From Selaginella moellendorffii (lineage: Eukaryota; Plantae; Lycopodiophyta): a stretch of DNA of 64,000 nucleotides. The stretch lies in the NCBI RefSeq assembly GCF_000143415.4, contig NW_003314272.1:2133728-2197727 (forward strand). Reading direction: 5' to 3'. Position 1 is the first letter of the stretch, and the number at the start of each line of letters is the position of its first letter. The notes under the pieces were generated by a model that worked only from the letters and a program-made list of their open reading frames with translations, ran no database searches and had not been told where the DNA came from. Positions 56,613-64,000 of the stretch are shown piece after piece. The position numbers and the translations under genes were made by a program.

Positions 56613-59311
56613 ACTTCACCACCCATAGACGAAGTTCGATGTCCTCATCGAACGGTAAACCCTTTTATAAAGTAACACCCGCAGGTATTACCATTCCCAT
56701 CCTTGGCACCCGGCCAATATTTGTTTATGGTTTGACCCCGAAGGCTCACCATGCCTTGTCCATCCTCTAAGGAGGATAGTCTCTCCAACTTAGAAACTGA
56801 TTGGACCACTTGGGGTGGTTCTTTCCGTTTATTGGTTTAGTTCTCGCTAAACCCGTTAGAGGCACCCTCTCTAACTCAATTCCACTACTCATTCTTGAGT
56901 AGTCACAAATTCCATTGATCTACCTTTGCACTTTGGAACGTTTACTTTTGACTTCTTAAAGTCAATTTCCTAGGTGTTTCCGACACCTTGCCTTGCACAT
57001 TTTGTGCAACTCCACTTCCCCTCCTAGGAAGTTCTTTACTCGAGGACACCCTCATCCTCTTTTCTATTTTTGGTGCCACCATTGGCATTACATTCCATTT
57101 ATCATTATTTGTGCTAGGGCTGTCCACGGCCCTATCTTTTGGCTACTTAGTTGCTCCCTCACTTGGAGCCTTTCTTTTGCCAAATTGGAGCACTTGGGAA
57201 TCCATCCTTGGAAGTCCACTTCTTTTTCTGCAATTCGTTAGCATCAAACACATTAGTGTTCCTTGGCTAACTTTGCCACTTGGATTCTTTCCAATGGATT
57301 CCACGGCTCTATCTTGGGCACTCGTCTTTTGCTCCTATCTTTGGATTGTTGCACCAAGCAACATAGGATCGCCACCTCCATTTTTGAGGTTTCCTTTCAG
57401 TTCCATAACAAACATTTTGCTTTGCCAAGTTCAAAGGGTGTTCACCCCTAGTACGTCTCTTTAACATTTTCTGTCGTGGGCTCTATCCACGGCCCAACTT
57501 TTTGAGACCCTCCCTTGGATCTTTTATAGAGACTACTTTCCTTGGACTTACTATGCCATAGCATTGACATAGCTCATTTCCTTTAGGTGTGCTTCCCACT
57601 TGGTCACCTCAACCAAGCCACACCTTTATCAATAGTTCAAATCAACACTTTGAACTAGAAATTATATTCCTTAACACAAACAAAGACTTTGTCCTTGTTT
57701 AGCCACAAGATCACCTAGTGATCTTATCTTGACCCCTTAATAGGTCTATCAATAGGGATTAGGTCTTCCAGACCCTTCTAAGTTGTTGACTATGACCCCG
57801 GGGGCATCCCCCACACTTGGCGGTGCGCCCAAGCTAGCCCTTCCGGCCAAGGATCCATAGCAACTGAGACTTGGGTGTCCCCATCTCATTCACCACGTCC
57901 TTGGTGCCCTTTGCACCAAGTGTTCAAGTTAGATATGCCGAGCTTTCACTCTAAGCAATCTAACCGTGCATCACGACTCCGAGGCATCCCTCGCTTGGCG
58001 GTGTGCCCAAACCAGTCCCCTCACTGAGAGTCCATGACCATCGAAATATGAGTGTCCTCATATTCCAAACCATCACCACGCCCTAGTGATTTGGGACTCG
58101 AACCCAAGCACTAGAGGGTCGGGACTCGAACCCAACCTCCGTATATGCATCTACGGACGGCATCACCCAGGATGCCTGGCGTGACTCCCCACGCCGGTGC
58201 ACCAACTTATACTCAAAGCGCGCTATAGATCACAGCTTAGGAACCCAGTTCCTCCACACGGCCAAGTCCTCTCACTTGACAAGTCTGTGATCATGCATGG
58301 ACTCCTCCATGCTTGGCCCCATGGCCCACCCTTTTGAAGTTATCACCTTCAACTAGGGCATTTGTTCCCTTGACTTGCCAATCTCGCTTTGGCAAGTCCT
58401 CCGACCACTGTAACATGGTTCCTGCATAAGCGTGAAAGCCCTTGATCATCGACTTTCGTTCAAAGCCCTCTCTTTGAACACTCGGGAACTACTTCCCTAA
58501 CCTTGATAGCCTTGCCTCATGGCAAGCTTCAAGACCACGCTTCTGCTGCGCCACTCTGATTTCACGTGTGCTTTGAACCATTTACACTTGGCCTTTCTAG
58601 GTACTAAGTTACCTAGAATCATCTTTGGGAACCTTGAAGGAACCCTGTCCCTTAGCTTGCTAAGGCCTCCCTTTTTGCAAGCTTTCCAATTACCATATAG
58701 TCTAACATGGACAATTCCATATTTTAGACTCTCCATGGCATCACGGTTGCTAGCGGCAACACCCTCGAGCTCCCACTTGATTCTCCACTCCCAACTGGCA
58801 TAACTACCCTTGGTTATGCCCTTCGATTCCTATGGTTTGGTTCTATCCCCTTACTACTTGCTTTTGGCTTCACACCTTTCCTTCGATCATTCTCCTCCCG
58901 ACTAGGAGGATAGCTTTACACTTTCTATCATGCCTTAGCAAGTATTCTTAGGGATGAACCTACCCAATAGCCTAGGGAGTGGTTCCTCAATCCAGGTATG
59001 CTCACCCTATAATCCCGCACACCGGGATTACATTGTTGTTTACGGGCCTTTACATGCCCATCACTAGCTTTGCCAAAATTCCAATTTTTTCTTTGTCCAA
59101 TTCGAGTAGACAGTCTTCTCCTGTCTCCGCCACTTTGGACATTTGGATAGTACCTTCTATCCATCATTCGCTAGAGACTTAATCCCTTGGGCCTTATCTA
59201 TTGCCCTCGCGACATCAAGCACCACCTCCTGGTGTTCTCGAGTGTTCGGGTGTCCCAATGATGGCTTCCTTGACAATGAGTACTCGCTGAGACTCATCCT
59301 CTGATACCAAA
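56613..59311 (-). mobile_element. Non-coding internal region of an LTR element (LARD-like), with iMet PBS at 59299-59309
   Basis: CTCTGATACCA on + next to the L2 LTR. No recognisable gag/pol motifs. A second copy lies at 20573-22710. Confidence 0.7.
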
Positions 59312-60461
59312 TGTAGCGCACGTGGTTTTGACCCTTTATCCTATGGTGATTTACCATAGGATAACACCACGAAGCGGAACCTAAACCCTCTTTGTGCCAC
59401 ATGACAGATGCCACGTGTCACATGCCACGTGTCCATGCCACGTGTCCATAGGAACCCGAGGTTCAAGGCCTTGGGCCACTGAACAAACGAACGGTGCCAA
59501 ACTCCCAAGTATGGAGCCAAGGAGTGATGGAACTGAACCACGGAGCAACTCCTGAGCATACAGCCCAAGGAGCGAAGGGACAAAGGCCCGGAGTGACTTG
59601 GAATAGTCCTAGAGCAACCAGCATCCCAATGCTAGGACCAGCACGCAAAACGGAGCCAAACGGAGTCTGGTGCTATTTCAGCATACCGGTGGCCTAACGC
59701 GAGGACATGGGTACTCCACCAGCTAGCATGGAATGGAACTTGGGCTTAGACCCAAGCCGGACACAGAACAATGATAGGCACGCAAGCGGGAGCTAGACTA
59801 TGTCTCAGGTTGGTCGGCCATGCCCGACCTACCCACTATCCCTACTATACATTTGGAACCCCCCACAGCCCCCCCCCCCCCCCCTTGAGGAACACACACT
59901 TTGGGCTTTCACCCCAAGCCTCCCTTAGTATCAGGAGTTAGTCTCTGGGACAAGTTTGAAATTTACTAAATATGGAATGTCCCTAGATTGTGAATTTGGA
60001 CATGGGACAAACACCATTGTGTTCAGACCGATCTCTACATTCCGTAAATATGCCAAATGAGCAAATCTGGATACTTTCCATAAATAGCATTCGGGACCGA
60101 AATGAAACTAACACAAAAGGCATGATAGCGAGGGTGTTTGGTAGACACGATAAGCTATCATGTAGCGATATTGAGGGACCAATCTCAATATCGCGGGGGT
60201 TCTTGATACTAGCAAGTGCAAGCCAATGACTCAAGTTTCTCAAACCAGGCCGAGTATGCTCAGCAAGAAACACATAGGGTTCCTACCTTATGTTTATCCA
60301 ATCTAAGTGCATAGTCATTGACCAGTTTCTCAACTAGCTCAAGTGGGAACTGATAACGGGTCCAACAATACCGACCTCCTGCCATCGCGGCAGTAAGGTA
60401 AGAGTGTCCGTAAGGACTGGTCGACAGATAACTTTTGATACCCAAAGTCACATTCGCGACA
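59312..60461 (-). mobile_element. LTR family L2 (5' LTR, next to the PBS)
   Basis: TGTAGCGCAC...TCGCGACA. Homologous to 33838-34956. Contains the hairpin TTATCCTATGGT-GATTT-ACCATAGGATAA. Confidence 0.88.
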
Positions 60462-60936
60462 CTATTGACTAACAACCCCTTCTGAGCCAAGGGGAATCAG
60501 CACCTCCATTTCCGCACTGAATCTACCAATCCTTCCATTGTGTACACCAGTTATTCCATGTGAGGCAACTAGTCATCCACCCATACCACAGTCCCATGGT
60601 GGATACCTTCGTCCGTGGATACTCCACACAAGAGGAAGGACGTACGCATGGATGCCCAATATGTATGATTTTAAATTTAGGGGCAAGAATATACCTTACT
60701 CAAGGGTATATTATATTTTTAAGTAGCCACTAATCAATGGGAATCAAACTCGTGCTATTTGCTCTAATACCAACTGTAGCGCACCTTATCTCTCTCCCCT
60801 TAAGCCAACTGGAAAAGGGGCAATTGCTTAATGAAAGAGCCCTTAATGGCTATTTTATCCCCATTTATCCCCTAAGGTTCCAAAGATCCACGGTGACAGT
60901 ATATTCAAATCTCATCCCATGATCACATGCACTACA
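60462..60936 (-). mobile_element. TRIM copy 3, partial (internal region plus 5' LTR 60775-60936)
   Basis: Matches the reverse complement of 8774-9305 and is cut off by the L2 LTR. Confidence 0.9.
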
Positions 60937-61750
60937 CTTAGTCATATATGAAGTGTGTTAGCTAAATAGATTAAATAGTGATGGCTAATCTAGCAAGTCT
61001 AATGTATTATATAGAACCCTTGTTATAAACCCTTGAATCGAATTAATATCAGCTATGGCTCTTTTCTTGATCTCTAGGATTTATGTGTTTGAGTTCCTCT
61101 TGATCTAAATAAATATACAAGTGTGAATATATGGGTGTATGGTGCCATATCTCACTAGGGAAGAAAGGTATATAGCCCTTCTGTGCTGTATCCTCCCACG
61201 CTCTTAGAATATTCCTGAATCTCACTCTCTTCAAGGTGTAATACAATAGACAACCACAAGTAGATCAAGTAATTATCTAGTGCTAATTTGTTCCTAGGAA
61301 ATAACCAATGGGAACCTTTGATATAGTCAAACTATACCTAAGAAAAGAGAGAGAAAAAGTGGTTGAAATGTGAAGAAAAGATGATAAGAAAAAAGAAAGA
61401 GAGAAAGACTAAAAAAATAGATATGAAAATGCCTCAAACTTTTAGTGGACGACTAATATTTTAGATGAGACCATCTTTATATTTTAAGTCTAGAAAATTA
61501 TAACCTATCCATGAAGAAGGTTTCCATCAAGTAGATGCCACCATTGGGGAAGAATAATGTCCTCAAAGCTTGTTTAGTATAAAAAATTTATATAAAAATT
61601 TACAAAATTTACAATGGTATCACATTGACACATGTACACAATCAAGTTGAGTCAAAAGTTTCTACTAAAATGAGTCATTTAAAAAAGATAAAGTGAATGA
61701 GAATGTATCTTTTGAGAAAGATGTTGATGAATTCAAATGATTGTCTAAAG

Positions 61751-62038
61751 ATGCTTTATTTCGTTAAAGTGGGACTTATTCAGTAAAGTGGGACATTAAT
61801 TAGCATGTGTCCACATGCCATTTCCTAGTACTTAATTAATATTTATTAATATTTCTATCAGTTTTTTAATTTATTTTTTTATATTTCACAATATTATAAC
61901 ATAAAATCATATGAAAAGTTTTTAATTTATAAATTATAAAGTTAAAACTTCAATTTTTTATTGTTGTTATAAAAATGGCATGTGGCCACACACCATAAGT
62001 GGGATAATGAAAAGTCCCACTTTAACGAAATAAAGCAT
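61751..62038. mobile_element. 288-bp MITE derived from the Sola-like family
   Basis: TIR ATGCTTTATTTCGTTAAAGTGGGACTT / AAGTCCCACTTTAACGAAATAAAGCAT with 4-bp TSD AAAG. Carries two copies of the 22-bp palindrome (~61800 and 61975). Confidence 0.93.
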
Positions 62039-62168
62039 AAAGTGGTGAAGTCCTTGAGAGTTATTATAGAAACTTGTCTAAAATATTTAAACCTTGGGGA
62101 AATACTCTAATAAGAGGAAAGTCAACTTGAATCCCAACGTAAAAGTTACATAAAGTCTTGAAAAAAAG

Positions 62169-62378
62169 TGTAAGGAACCAAAGGGAATAATTTAATAAAC
62201 AGTCCATTAAGGTTTAAATATAAAAGGAAATTACCTATAAACAAGACTGCACTTTTTTTTTTCCAATTGGTTGAATGTTTTAGGATATTTAAGGTTAAGC
62301 ATTCTTGACTTTGAGTAGTATTAAACTAGATGACTTTTTAAAAAATTCAAATTAAAAAATTTACATTTGGTATCAGAG
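62169..62378 (+). mobile_element. Decayed short LTR followed by an iMet PBS
   Basis: TGTAAG...TTACA (62169-62365), then TT and TGGTATCAGAG (62368-62378). No partner LTR recognised. Confidence 0.5.
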
Positions 62379-64000
62379 GGGCATTAAATCCAATTCTATT
62401 CGTTAACTAAATAAAATCACATCATATATTAATTTTGACATTATATTTGGTATTTAAAAGTGTCTTATATTTAACTCTATTTAACGATCATTTAGTTTTC
62501 GTTCACAAGAGTATGAATTTACAAAGAAGCATAATAGATTGTAAGTAATCAAAGGGAATGCCAAAAGTTAAATTAAAAATCTTTTAAATAATGACAGAAA
62601 CTCCTTTGATTATGCCATTCTCCATTAACACATTTATTGCAACTAAATTAAGTGTTAAAAAGATAGTCTCTACTCCAATACTAACCACTATGGGAATGGA
62701 GGATGGAACTTCAAGCTTTATAAGAGGTGGGGGAATCTCCAAAAAATGTTAAAAGTCTTGGTAATCCACCAAAAACTGTTCTAAATTTAGTTAAGCATTT
62801 GTAATGGTCTTTATAAACTCAATATATATAAATCATTTGTAAGACTTGTCATCTTTTGGTTATTACTACTTATTATAATTTTTAAATCTATTGGAAGCTA
62901 AAATAAAGTCTCTAGTAAGACATATCTAAAATAGAGAGTATTGGTATTTTATAATATTCTATTGAGGTATTTACTGTGATACTAAATTATACTTCTAATG
63001 CTAAATTATCACTAAGCATTGTAACTAAAGATTCACAAGCATAATATGGTTATGTGATACAAACCTTGTTTGCTCCCAAAAAGTGTGCAAAAGTAATAGA
63101 ATTCAAATCTTAAGAGGTGGCTTTAACTATAAATTAATTTTCTTTTCTATAAAAGACTCACATAGGTGAAGAATAATGGGAGTCTTGATAGCTAAAATAT
63201 TTGTAACTAATGCTGTTATATTCGAAGTCCTAAAATTTTCATTTTTACTTGTACAACCTAAGATGGAAGAAGAGGTTGCCCTTGTACTTCTTTCTAACTT
63301 ATTTGTTCTCCTCCTAAATAGAAGTGAAACTCAAAAGAAGAAATATTATCAACAAATGTCCTCATAAAAACCCTTATAGCAAATAAATGTCGAGATCTCA
63401 ATTTAGGGACAATAAAGAATAGCTCAATAAAAAACTCAAAATAAAATCTAAATAAAGATTAAAAATGCTAGCTAAAAAATGTATAAATACATTCAAAACC
63501 TCATAAAAACAACATAAGGAGAGAAAAGTGATAAGATCTTTATAAAAAAGCACCAAAATTGCTTAAAAGAAAATTGTCATCAAGATCTCTTTAAAAGTGA
63601 AGAAAAAGATCCAAGAGAGTGCCTTAAAAATTGCAAGACAAAGAGAAAGAATTATTCAAAAACCATGATAATAAAAGCTAAATAAAATCTTCTAGAAGAA
63701 AGATTAAATGATGCAAGAAGACACTTGTTGGAAACCTCAAAGATGGATCATTCAAATGCAACAAAGAAAATTAGAAAAGGTAACTTATAGTGAACGTGAT
63801 AAACTTGCAATTATACCTTGGTGGACATCAAAATGAAATTCTCCTTTCTTGTCACAATCCTTGTACTAAATCTAAAGATTTTTTATTCCAAACAATAGAG
63901 AATAACAAGATTTACAAACCCATCCATTCAATTTGCCAACAAGAAGATAAATAAATCATAATAATAAGATTTGCAGTCATGAGTAAAGCCAAAGAAAAGT

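Noticed and set aside
58909-58913. GATAG as the partner TSD for the L1 LTR at 54853
   Set aside because: There is no LTR adjacent to it, and a 5-mer match is expected by chance.
60937-64000. Coding potential in the AT-rich tail
   Set aside because: Only short ORFs with no recognisable motifs. Probably decayed repeats apart from the MITE and the LTR/PBS remnant.

Overview
This is eukaryotic, almost certainly land-plant DNA. The evidence is GT-AG introns of about 45-60 nt, iMet PBS sites, TTTAGGG telo-boxes and a Tat-type retroelement with aRH between protease and RT, which hints at a lycophyte-like host (inference). The window is a nest of transposons, and I found no ordinary host gene. Contents: (i) three related copies of a MULE-like DNA transposon, each with a DDE/SWIM transposase set head-to-head with a multi-exon accessory gene; (ii) a 12.7-kb Sola-like element (36342-49081, ATGC..GC(A/T)T ends, 4-bp TSD) and a 288-bp MITE derived from it; (iii) LTR retroelements: a 730-bp TRIM in three copies, a deleted Ty3/gypsy, a Tat-like element, and solo or partial LTRs. 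Main result: both unrelated DNA-transposon families carry, divergent from the transposase, a gene encoding a ParB/Srx-like domain (IIDGNH(R) or AVSGQH) followed by a degenerate beta-class N4C/N6A DNA-methyltransferase fold. The Sola version also has a C-terminal FCP1-like HAD phosphatase domain. The Sola element contains about 25 copies of a 22-bp palindrome (ATGGCRTG-N6-CAYGCCAT), concentrated in introns and intergenic DNA, and each MULE copy has its own GC-rich repeat array in intron 1. Together this looks like a ParB/parS-like or VANC-like self-recognition or anti-silencing module. All domain calls are motif recognition by eye and need HMM or structure checks. Most ORFs are broken by stops or frameshifts.
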